Source: Eledone cirrhosa
Taxonomy: Eukaryota
Reading direction: 5' to 3'
Length of the DNA stretch: 64,000 nt
Assembly (NCBI GenBank): GCA_964016885.1
Contig: OZ024742.1
Coordinates: 120,218,001-120,282,000 of the forward strand
In this document: piece after piece, positions 14,675 through 25,841 of the stretch
Position numbering within the stretch: the stretch's first letter is position 1
How the letters are laid out: every line of letters begins with the position of its first letter
The notes under the pieces: generated by a model
The model's database searches: none
The model's input: the letters and a program-made list of their open reading frames with translations, nothing else
What the model was told of the DNA's origin: nothing
Position numbers and translations under genes: made by a program

Positions 14675-15300
14675 TCCTCATCATCATCACTGTTTAACAA
14701 CCATTTTCTATGCTTGCATGGGTTAGACAAGTGGTTAGGCTAGCCCAGTCATGTGACCATGTCTTGTTCATATAGATCTGTTCTCAGCTTGGCTTTCTAT
14801 GATTGGATGCTCTTCCTAATGCCAACCATATTTATAGTATGTACTGGGAGCTTTTCTCATGGCACCACCTCTACCACTTTACTGGGTGGACTGGATGCTT
14901 TTCAGTGTGGTACCAAGATAACCACTTAATAGGGTAGACTGTGTGCTTTTCTGTTATGGTACCAGCATGATCACCTTACATCATCAGCACAACCACCATA
15001 AAAGGTGGACTAAGTGCTTTTTGTAGTGGCACCAGCACAACCCTCTTACAGGGTGGGCTGGATGCTTTTTGTAGTGGCACCAGCACAACCCCCTTACAGG
15101 GTGGGCTGGATGCTTTTGCAGTTGCGACACCAGTACTACAACTGTATAAAATGGATTGGGTATTTTTGTCTTGGCACAAGCGTTGTGGGAAAACAGATGC
15201 GGAGCATGCCCAGCTTTCCACGCATGCGTTGGACAAGAAAGCTGTATCAAGGGTGTGAGGGGGTGAGGGTGGTTGCAAAGTACATCGACATAATCATTAG
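14672..15300 (-). mobile_element. RTE LINE 3' remnant with tandem ~48-bp units in the 3' UTR
   Basis: (cat)n, tgcttgcatgggttagac, ggatgctcttcctaatgccaacc, repeated gggtgggctggatgctttttgtagtggcaccagcacaacc. Confidence 0.7.
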
Positions 15301-16132
15301 ACATATACATCCTCCATGCCTATCTGAGCCAGACAGTTTGTCACATTCGGGGACTAGGCTGGATAGGATATCACATCTAGTTCATACATCCTGCCTTTGT
15401 TTTGGCTTGGTCTGTCTGGCCAGATGCACCACAGGGGATCTTTGTATGTAGGTATGGGTTGGGCTATGAGGGGTGGGAGGTGGCTCCCCCATCCACATTG
15501 GAAGGAGTTGGATGGGGAGAAAGATAGGAGTATTTTCACAATAGCAGGAGTTGTTGAATGTGCAACGTAGGGTGGGGATAAAAGAAGTGAATGGAGGTAC
15601 ATAGATAATGAAGGAGGGGAAATGGGTGAATGTTGAGTTAGGGAGATGTATGAGAGATATTGATACAGACTGTCTTTTCCATGTCTGCTTCATTATATAT
15701 GCACCTGGAGGCATGTTTTCTGCAGTGTGCGTGTGTGCGCAGGCCTGTGCTTGCACTCCCTCCTCTCTCTCTTTTGCTCTCTGTCATTATTAGTTTTGCT
15801 CTCTGTCATTACTTGTCTGGCACATTGGGCAAGTATATTTTTTAGGCTGAGTGAAATTTGATAGAAAGTGTTTGAAAGCCAGCTACATGTATGTGTATAC
15901 ATGCACATGTGCTCATGCATATGCTTGTCTTCACATGTTTTCTTCACAGTCACAGCACTTGGGCAACTGATGATGTTTGTTTGCATCACTCATCAACAAT
16001 GTTCTGCAACTCATTGGTGGAATGAAATGCCTTGCTTATAGTAAAGTAACGGTTGGCTACTGTAATGGCATCTAGCCATGGAATGATGTCTGAAAAAAGT
16101 ATCCTGCCATCATGTAAAAGAGTGTAACAAAA

Positions 16133-16176
<44 letters not shown>

Positions 16177-16329
16177 GTGTGTACACAATCAGGTATATAG
16201 TTTAGAGAAAAAAGTATTTGAGCATATAGCAGATTGTATTTATATATTCACTGTTATGGAGTAGAGCCTCAACTTCTTATCATCATATAAATGTATACAC
16301 ACATACATGAATGGTCAGGCACAGATACA

Positions 16330-17270
16330 CAGAGAGGTTAAACATTTCACACTGCAACAGTCAATGTTGACACAATGAAAGATAGGTCCAAAGAGATGAT
16401 AGAGATGCCACAGCAGAACTCTTTAGGTGTGAGCTATGTAGACGAGGAGCCTTGTAATTTTGGTAGAAATGATTCCATGTGGACAGAAGAATGGGTATAT
16501 ACAGTGTATTGAGGTAGTCAGTGTGTGTGATAGGGTAATTAAGTTTAGACCAGTTAGAGATACACCAGCAATATTTATCTCTCCATATGTTGAAAAGGAA
16601 AACTTCTATGAGACCCTCATACAGTGACATCATTGATTGGTGACTTTACTGGACTATATGGGCAATACCAGGATAAATTCCATTATATGCATGGAGGCTT
16701 CGGCTTTGGTGACAGAAAGAAGAAATCACTGCTCCTGGAGTTCTGTGACACAAATGACTTCAAAATTTGCAACACTAACTTCAGGGAACTGGTCAGCTAC
16801 CTGATCACTTAACAATCAAGCAAATTTATCAACCAGATGGGCTTTATTTTTAGCAGAAAATAAGATAGACAGATAGTTGAGAGTGCTAAGTCTTTCCTTG
16901 CACCACAGACTAGTAATTAGTGAGTTCAGAGTAAGAGTAAGATGGATTCAGAGACTGACGACAGCTTGGAGAATCAAGATATGGAAGCTTAAAGACCCAC
17001 CAAACAGACATAGACACAAAAAAACAACTAGTTAAAGCATTTGACAAGAGGGAGGAAACAAATATCTATAACAGAAGAAAATTATGATTTCATATGAGAT
17101 AATCCACTGAGAGTAAAAAACTAAGTCTGTGACTGGGGTAAATTTCCAGACGGATGAAAAGTGACATAGTGATAGAATATTATTTTAGATAAAGTGATAA
17201 AAGCTAAGGGACAGGGTTCCAGCAGAGAGCAATACTAAACAGCTAGAACAAAAGCTAGACATTGGTTATA
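16330..17270 (+). mobile_element. Degraded RTE endonuclease/linker remnant
   Basis: IGDF.G..G...D.FH.MHGGFGFG...LLEFCDTNDFKICNTNFR...LIT and KIWKLKDP are homologous to the RTE at 20.7-21.1 kb; multiple stops and frameshifts. Confidence 0.8.
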
Positions 17271-17457
17271 CATACAATGGAAATGATTCAAGATAAGAAT
17301 AATACTTTAATAATTTATTTCCAGGATATCATTACCTAAATGTTCAGTATAGAAATAACATACAGGATTAAATATGTAAGTAACTTTAAAGGGATAAATA
17401 TAGGATTAGAACCCAGGACCCTGTGTTTGGTAAGAGAACGTCTTATTGCAGTAACAT

Positions 17458-17496
<39 letters not shown>

Positions 17497-17500
<4 letters not shown>

Positions 17501-17813
17501 CCTTGCAATCGAAAGGTTGTGAGTTCAATTCTCAGACCGGGTAATGTGTTGTTTCCTTGAGCAAGAGACTTTATTTCACATTGCTCCAGTTTACTCAGCT
17601 GTAGAAATGAGATGATAGGGACCCCAGTCCCTATCATTCCACTGCAAAGTGGTCGTGGAGGTGCCACGGCAAAAAAGCACCCACCACTCACTGTAAATGA
17701 GGTTGGTGTTAGGAAGGGCATCCAGCTGTAGAAATCAAGCCAGAATCAGTTCCCGTCCCACCCTTGCAAGCAGGGAAAAGTGGACGTAAAATGATGATGA
17801 TGATGATGATGAT
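17497..17813 (+). mobile_element. Young SINE (tRNA head, central domain, hairpin, RTE-like 3' tail), 5'-truncated
   Basis: B-box gagttcaattc; ggttggtgttaggaagggcatccagctgtagaaa shared with the RTE 3' UTR; (tga)n end; near-identical to copies at 32.5, 34.0 and 36.6 kb. Confidence 0.9.
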
Positions 17814-18076
17814 ATATATATATAAACACATGGCATATACTTAATAATCCCTATCAGTTCATCTGTGGTCATTTCTATTTGAAACAATGTATATATTTAT
17901 AGATTTATGAATCAGATTTATGGATTTATTTTACATTTATTGAAATATAAAGCTTCAATGAAGATTATATTTAATTCCACACATTTTTTCTCTTTGTCCT
18001 CTTTAGGTAAACCTAAAGAATTTCTGCTAAATCAACAATTTGTTTAAACCAAAGCTACACAGCAAGTTAGACTCAC

Positions 18077-18121
18077 TAAAACACCCCAGCTCCAGTTCAC
18101 ACATACACAAAGATGAATCAT
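18077..18121 (-). CDS. Putative 45-nt exon (MIHLCVCVNWSWGVL)
   Basis: gctatattccttcAG|atgattc...gtgtttta|GTGAGT; phase 0 to 0. Confidence 0.35.
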
Positions 18122-18289
18122 CTGAAGGAATATAGCAACAATGAAACAAAGTGATTCATCAACTTTAAATGTATGCCTGCTGTCTTATTCTGTGTAGATG
18201 TAGATGTACAATGCCTATCAAAAAAGTATCTGACTTTAGGTTGGTGAAAAAAATTAGGTATTTGGTGGGAGTTTAATAGCTAATTTTGT

Positions 18290-18450
18290 TCAAAGTAAGT
18301 CCATTGTACCTTCCACACACTTAGTCCAGCAACCCTTCCACAGTCCAAAGCATGTTTGGATTACTTCTTCCCGAATGGCTCTCAGCTCTGCCATCACTGT
18401 TCACATGATGACCTCTTAGCCCTCAAAGCAGGAGCCTTTCATGTTGGGAA
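18290..18450 (-). mobile_element. Tc1/mariner transposase C-terminal remnant
   Basis: Minus strand translates roughly AELRAIREEVIQTCFGLWKGCWTKCVEGTMD, resembling the mariner F..W..RW.KCV..G.Y C-terminal motif. Confidence 0.55.
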
Positions 18451-19271
18451 CACAAGAGATGTAGTAGGTTAGCAGGCAGACTAACAGAAAAGATAAACTT
18501 TGTATGTTGCAGATATACAGAGATAGTTGTTAAAGAACATCAATGAAATAAACTTTTCCCATGCCCAGGAAAGATCCATAGAAGTACTTGATAGATTGTT
18601 ACCTAGGTGTTCTAATTAGCAGTAGAAGCAGTTGCTCTGAGTGCATAGTAGTTAGAATAAGAAAGGTTTCTCTATGAATGAAAGGCCAGATATATGATGC
18701 TTGTGTGCAATGTGTAATGTTGTATGGTACTGATATGGACAGCAAAGGCTGAGGAGAAATGAATCTAGTATAGATAAAGCAGTTCGTTTTTCCAATTCTT
18801 TTTCTGAATCATAAGAATCGAAAAGGCCAAGGAATATTCCAGGTTTCTTTAACAATAAGTGGACAAGAGATAAATCTCTTGTTGGATAGAATGCTGATCA
18901 TATTACAAGAAGCTTTCCCTGAAGGAAGAATTTAATGGAAAATTGCAATTATTTCAGTGTTGATATTGTTGAAATTGGCAAATTGTAGCACTTATTGGGC
19001 AGGTCACTGGCTGGAGAAAAATCTATGCCTTGGCAACAAATATGGCACTACTAGTAACTGAGTAAAAAAAAAAAAGTCACTAATCTCTCAGAAAAATATA
19101 CAATAACAACACAGTTATCCATACTGTCACTCTCTATCACTGTCTCAACAGGCATATATAACATTTTAAACATACATACATACATACATACATACATACA
19201 TAAATAAATATAGTTAATAATGTATTTAAAGATATAACATATGCATTCAAGTGAAATGAATTAACACTCAC

Positions 19272-19306
19272 TGCTATAGTAAATGTAGGAAATTCTTCAT
19301 TAAAAA
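19272..19306 (-). CDS. Putative 35-nt microexon (xFNEEFPTFTIA)
   Basis: ataatttcacAG|tttttaatg...atagca|GTGAGT; only open frame is phase 1 to 0. Confidence 0.35.
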
Positions 19307-19552
19307 CTGTGAAATTATATCACATTTAAATTCAATTTACCATTTTTATGTAACTTAGAGTCACATTACTTATTTTGTATGGCCTATTTAGTGACCCATT
19401 AATCAATGTAATGATAATTTTTATTCAGTGTAATAAATACATACACATATATATATATGTTGTGTGTTTATATATATATATAGGTAAGTTATTCCGAGTT
19501 GAATCGGAGGTAACCACAGTAAGTAAGGTACCAATACATAGCAGAGTATAAA

Positions 19553-19641
19553 AGTTTTAATATAGATGAGATTCTACAGGATTCCTGATGATTTCTAAAG
19601 AATGAAACAGTTCTAGTCCTGTAGAATCTCATCTATATTAA

Positions 19642-19645
<4 letters not shown>
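19553..19645 (+). ncRNA. Hammerhead-like motif closed by a perfect 29-bp stem
   Basis: Arms 19553-19581 and 19617-19645 enclose CTGATGA (19585) - 12 nt - GAAA (19604) - cagttctag; junction geometry is imperfect. Confidence 0.5.
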
Positions 19646-19672
<27 letters not shown>

Positions 19673-19676
<4 letters not shown>

Positions 19677-22600
19677 AGAAATTCACTTCGCCAAATTTCA
19701 TTGCATTGCTGTCTACCCCACGATATCCATGTAACGTAATGTACATATTTTTCTTCATCTCCACCTCCACACTCCATATTTCGTATCAAGTCCAAATAGC
19801 CAATCTATTGCTAAAACAATCTACATTTTTTGTATTCATTAATTGTTAGATACAAAAGTTTTTGTCATATTGAACAGAACAAATTTTGTATTTTTGTTAA
19901 TCGCTTGTTAAATGCAAGGACCCCATTCAATCATTACCTTCTATCTAGCTACCCAACACCACCATTGCTATTACGTGGACCAATCATAAGCCAGAGCTCC
20001 TATGCATCACCAGTATTATTATTACGCGGACCAATCATAAGCCAGAGGCCTATACTATCGCTTGCCTGGTTGCCTTTCGATACATGATGGATGGATGGAC
20101 TGCGGAATCCTGGAGAGTGGAGGAGAGAGAGAAAAATCTGGACGTTCAGCGACAATGCTAAAGATAAAGACAAATTCACCTCGTGGACGAGAATGCGAGC
20201 ACTCCTCATTGTTTCGACCGCGGACGGCTAACATAACCCCATCGCCCCAAGCCCCCCCCACCGCCCCCAACCCCCAAACGCAATCCAAAACTTCAGAGTT
20301 GGTACCATAAATGTAGGCACCCTAAAGGGTCGCGCTAACGAGGTTGTAGAAATGCTTGAACGTAAGGAGGTCGATGTTTGTTGTATTCAAGAGACCAGGT
20401 GGAGGGGTGGGTCTGCTAGATTCATTGAGGGTAAAAAACGATGTTATACGCTTTTCTGGGTGGGAAACGACGATGGGCTGGGTGGAGTAGGAATCATGGT
20501 AGCAGAAAAGTGGGCAGATAAGATAATAGACGTAAATAGAGTGAACGACAGAATAATTAAAATACGACTTGTCCTCAATAGAACTACGGTGACAGTAATA
20601 TCTGCGTACACACCCCAATCCGGACTGCCCGGCACTATAAAAGACAGATTCTATGAGACACTGATGCTAACTACCTCCCAAATATCCGACAGTGACTATA
20701 TAATTATTGCAGGCGACCTAAATGGTCACGTTGGACAACATTGTGACGGCTACGACGAAATCCATGGAGGCTATGGGTTTGGTACTAGAAATGAAGAAGG
20801 CTCCAGAATCCTGGAATTCTGTGATGCAAATAACCTAACTATCTGTAACACTAACTTCAAAAAACGTGACAATCACCTGATCACCTATAGATCCGGGGAA
20901 CACACAAGCCAGGTAGATTATATCCTTACCAGAAGACGTGACAGAGTGTCTGTTGTAAACACTAAATCCCTCCCCCATGAAGAATGCACCTCCCAACATA
21001 GACTGATAATTAGCGACCTCATAGTCAGGACGAGACGTACTTGACAGCAGAAGAGGACTATCCTCAGGAGAAAAATATGGAAGCTAAAGGACCCCACAGC
21101 CAGGAATAAATTTCAAAGCATATTACTTGATGCTTTCGACAGTAAGGAAGAACATTTAGAGTCGGACAATATAGAGGGAGAGTGGGAATTTCTGAAAGCA
21201 AACCTGCTGTTGGCGACAGACGAAGTCTGTGGCTGGAGCAGGCCTGTAGGCAGGAGGAGAGTAACATGGTGGTGGAACAGTAAGGTGGAGGGGTCAATTA
21301 AGGCCAAAAAGCAGGCTTGGAAAGTATGGCGGGATGGGGGAAGTAGAGAAGACTATCAAGTGGCCAGGAGGGAAGCTAGGAGACAAGTGTACTTAGCAAG
21401 AAGGGAAGCTGAGGAAAGAAAATTCAAGCATGTTCTACAACGCGATGACCAAAAACGTGAGGTGTTCAGGATTGCTAGGCAATGCGTCAAGGAAAACCGT
21501 GATATTGTCGGGGAGAAGTGTGTACTAAACGACGATGGCACACTTGCCATCACCGACGCTGATAAGAAGGTAGCTTGGAAGTGTCACTATGAAAGGCTAC
21601 TAAATGAGGAGAATAAATGGGAGAAAGACAGTCTCCCCCATATCGACCCAATAGAGGGACCAGCAGTGTTAGTCGAGGGGAGTATAATAAGTAAGGCAAT
21701 CAAGGATATGAAGACGGGTAAGGCGGCTGGGCCTTCGGAAATAGTTGCTGAGATGCTGAAGGCATCTGGCACGGTGGGACACACCATGGTCACCCGCATA
21801 GTTAACCAAGTCGTACAGAATGGGGTTGTTCCGAAGGACTGGCATAGCAGCATCATCGTTAACTGTTATAAGGGTAAAGGAGACGCCCTAGATAGGAGTA
21901 ACTATAGAGGCATTAAATTAATCGACCAGGTCATGAAGGTCACGGAAAAAGTAATAGCGCAACTAATCAGAGAGAGAATTGACCTAGATGAAATGCAGTT
22001 CGGGTTTGTGTCAGGCAAAAGTACCACAGACGCTCTTTTCATTGTACGACAATTACAGGAGAAGTACCTAGCTAAAGGTAAACCCCTCGACTTAGCTTTT
22101 GTCGACTTGGAGAAAGCCTTCGACAGAGTCCCCCGCTCCATTATCTGGTGGGCTCTTAGAAAACTAGGCGTTGACGAATGGCTTGTGAGAGCTATACAAG
22201 CCATGTATAAAGAAACAGTCAGCAAGGTTAGAATTAACAACGAATATAGTGAAGAGTTTAGCGTAAAAGTTGGCGTCCATCAGGGCTCTGTTCTCAGCCC
22301 CCTACTATTTATTATTGCCCTTCAGGCTATAACAGAGGAGTTCAAGACCGGCTGCCCATGGGAACTCCTATACGCAGACGACCTGACATTCATAGCGGAA
22401 TCAATGGCCGAGCTAGAGAAGAAATTCCAAACATGGAAGCACGGCCTAGAATCAAAAGGCCTTAAAATTAACCTGGCTAAGACTAAAGTTCTAGTTTGTA
22501 GGAAAGAAAATAAGGCGGCGGTCCCTTCTGGGAAATGGTCGTGCTCGGTGTGTAGGAAAGGCGTAGGTAGAAACTCCATTTTATGTCCTAAATGCAAAGT

Positions 22601-23731
22601 ATGTGTGCATAAAAGATGTAGTGGGATCACAGGTAAGCTAACTAAGAACATAGATTTTACATGTGGCCGGTGCTCTGGTGCAATAAGTAGCAGCAAGTGC
22701 CCACAAAATACTAGCTCTTTCAATTGCGCAGAGGGTTCTATAGAAATAGTGGACAGTTTCCGTTACCTGGGTGATAAAATCAGCAGTGGGGGAGGGTGCT
22801 CTGTAAGTACAGTAGCTAGAGTCAGAACTGGTTGGAAAAAGTTCAGAGAGCTTATACCACTATTAGCTGCTAAAGGGTTCTCCCTAAAAATGAAAGGCAG
22901 GTTGTACGATGCCTGCATACGAACAGCAATGTTGCATGGCAGTGAGACCTGGGCATTGTGTGCAGAGGATATACGCAGACTAGAGAGGAACGAAGCTTGC
23001 ATGCTCCGCTGGATGTGTAACAGTAATATACGTGAACGGCAAAGCATAAACGAACTAAGGAAAAAATTAGAAATAAGAGGGATCAGATGTTGTTTACTCG
23101 AGAGAAGGCTACGTTGGTATGGACATGTGATGCGCATGAAAGTCGATAGCTGTATAACAAAGTGCAGGGCAATAAAGATAGACGGTAGCCACGGAATAGG
23201 CAGACCTAGAAAAACCTGGGACGAGCTGATAAACTCCGACCTCACACACTTACACCTCTCCAAGACAATGTCACTGGACCGAGACCTTTGGTGGTACTCA
23301 GTAACAGAGAAGACCCGCCTTACCTAAATACATAGTAAAACCTACTACAGCCAGTAGGCATCTCTAACAAAATACCCCCCCCCCCCCCCGTCCCACCACC
23401 CTCACCCCATCCACGCCACCCCGTTCTATGTAAAGTTGTGTTGGTGCCACACCATCCAGGCCGAAACAAATGAGATCGTGTAGGTGTCACGACAAAAAAA
23501 CACACAGTCCACGCTGTAATGTGGCCGTGTAGGCAACACGGTAAAAACCTCCCAGACCCACACTGTAAATGTGGTTGGTGTTAGGAAGGGCATCCAACTG
23601 TAGAAAACCTGCCAGACGGTCCTATGCGAGCAAGACAATCACTCTTGCCTCAAGTGGGACTACCCCCGTCCAAACCCATGCAAGCGTGGAACACGGACGT
23701 TAAACGTTGATGATGATGATGATGATGATGA
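19673..23731 (+). mobile_element. Near full-length RTE-clade non-LTR retrotransposon
   Basis: Single EN-RT frame, 3' UTR and (TGA)n tail at 23708-23731; 5' boundary uncertain (between ~19673 and ~19940). Confidence 0.92.
20292..23327 (+). pseudogene. RTE polyprotein: APE endonuclease + reverse transcriptase with PHD-like finger; one in-frame TGA at 21042-21044
   Basis: GTINVGTL, CIQETRW, AGDLNGHVG, QVDYIL, SQH (EN); NYRGIKL, QFGF, FVDLEKAFDRV, GVHQGSVLSP, YADD at 22371, FRYLG (RT); ORFs 20352-21044 and 21210-23327 share one frame. Confidence 0.93.
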
Positions 23732-24116
23732 TATATAAACATTTGAATTTGTAAAGCCAAACAATGCCGGTATGGACATAGAATAAAAAATGCAAATGCA
23801 AAAGATATTGTTGACAATTAGTCTTTTACCTTAGATTTATTTAAATATCCTTAATTTTCGAGATAATATCTCTTCTTCGGAGGGAAGTAAAGCGGTTAAA
23901 CCAGTGTTCTAAATGACTTGGCAAGCTATTTAGAACACTGGTTTAACCGCTTTACTTCCCTCCGAAGAAGAGATATTATCTCGAAAATTAAGGGGATATT
24001 TAAATAAATCTAAGGTAAAAGACTAATTGTCAACAATATCTTTTGCATTTGCATTTTTTATTCTATGTCCATACCTGCATTGTTTGGCTTTACAAATTCA
24101 AACGTTTATATATCAT
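23728..24116. repeat. 389-nt fold-back palindrome (arms 193 and 195 nt, centre 23921)
   Basis: Arms differ only by two substitutions, a 2-nt indel and a GA/AG swap near the centre. Confidence 0.97.
23956..23996 (+). ncRNA. Minimal type I hammerhead ribozyme candidate (Penelope/retrozyme style); mirror copy on minus strand ~23848-23886
   Basis: ttccct [stem I] CCGAAGA-A gagat-att-atctc [stem II] GAAA-AT-TA [palindromic stem III AATT, NUH = UUA] agggga [stem I']; U4 is C. Confidence 0.6.
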
Positions 24117-24151
24117 TACACAATGCTTCAAGTGAACTATAACTTCCTCCA

Positions 24152-24267
24152 TATATATATATATATATATATATATATGCTCATATCCCTCTATATATAT
24201 ACACACACACACACACACTATATGGGTATATATATATATATATATATACATATACACACACACACAC

Positions 24268-24303
<36 letters not shown>

Positions 24304-24333
24304 TATGAGTGTATATATATATATATATACACA
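24152..24333. repeat. Compound dinucleotide microsatellite
   Basis: Direct reading. Confidence 0.9.
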
Positions 24334-24904
24334 TATCCCTCTACATGCCAACTCGTTTTCGAGTACGGCCACTACTTTATATCCATGTAGGAGAACCCCT
24401 ACCGATGCACTGAACAAGTGTGACATTTTAGTCCAGCCAGCGACTTGAAAACTCTGGTACAAACACTACACTTGTGACAATTATTGACACATAGTGCTGG
24501 GCCCATGGTACCATATGACGACAAGTGCAGAGAGATCTCCAGATATAAAGCAAAGCCTGTGCCGTGAAGCTTTTATAGTGAGCAAAGGCACTGCACAAAG
24601 CCAGTCCCACTCTCTTAACCAAGATGATATTTACCAAAAAGAAGAACAAGTCAACATCATTGGATACCATCAGGGTTGCAGGTGTTATATCAGAGTTTTG
24701 CTTCTCCTAGAATTCTGCCTTGACAAAGGCTAAGGGGTCATCTCTCCCGGTGATTTTGGATGGCCATTGACTCTTAAGAGCTCCTTTGCCCTTTGACTGG
24801 TTTTGTTTTTAGTCCTGCAGGATGTCCAAAGTCACCCTCCTCACTAAGAAACCTTGGTGGGGTTGCCAGTTAAGTCGCCAACGACCCGACCATGAGACAG
24901 GTTG

Positions 24905-25007
24905 TATATATATATACCTATATATACACACACACACAATATATATATATATATACATATATATACACACACACACAATATATATATATACATATTTATA
25001 CACACAC

Positions 25008-25041
<34 letters not shown>

Positions 25042-25049
25042 TGGAGAGA

Positions 25050-25131
<82 letters not shown>
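24905..25131. repeat. Compound (TA)n/(CA)n/(GA)n microsatellite
   Basis: Direct reading. Confidence 0.95.
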
Positions 25132-25135
<4 letters not shown>

Positions 25136-25634
25136 CAATAAAAAATTTAGGTTTTCAAAAATTAACAAGAACAACAAAAAAAAATCCATCACAAAGTATT
25201 TCACTAATATATAAAGTAATATTGAAAAACAATCTTCCCTAAAATATATTTAGATAATATACTTCAGTGACTGTTTTCTAATTTTTTGGAAAATGAATTA
25301 GGAAAATAAATTGCAATGATATGTTATGTAATGTTTAACTAATGAAACTTGAAAATATGAAAGTAGTTTACTGCCACATTAAGCTTCATATGCAGTCTGT
25401 AAGTGTGGATTGCTTTGTTTTTCTTTTATAATATACTTATTGAATAAATCCTGTTATGTTTTACTTCATCTGTTTATAAAATGATTACTCAAAAGAAAAC
25501 TGACAGTACATGTTTATTAATCAGCTATCATAGTGAATGTATTTTAGAAATGTGGCAAATAAATCCTTTTTAGCATGAACACACAATTTCAAAGCATTTT
25601 AAAAGTTTAGAATTTTCCAAAAGCTACTAATTAC

Positions 25635-25653
25635 CATGTAAATTGACCTGGAG
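25635..25653 (-). CDS. Putative 19-nt microexon (LQVNLHx)
   Basis: cttttcctattcAG|ctccaggtcaatttacatg|GTAATT; phase 0 to 1. Confidence 0.3.
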
Positions 25654-25841
25654 CTGAATAGGAAAAGTTTGAGTGAAATTTATAATTGAAGATACTGCAT
25701 TTAAGATAGCACATAAAATCAATATTCAGCTTGTTGTCCCTATATTTCAATTCTGTATCCTTTTCATAAAGTTTGTCCTTATAGAATTATGCATGAAATA
25801 ATGATTATCACATGTAATTCAAAACTATTCTATATTCCTAG

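Noticed and set aside
21587-23263. Antisense ORFs over the RTE (and over the Tx1 element)
   Set aside because: Shadow ORFs of the sense-strand coding sequence
23375-23422. C-tracts as a functional G-quadruplex
   Set aside because: Low-complexity run in the LINE 3' UTR with no evidence beyond composition
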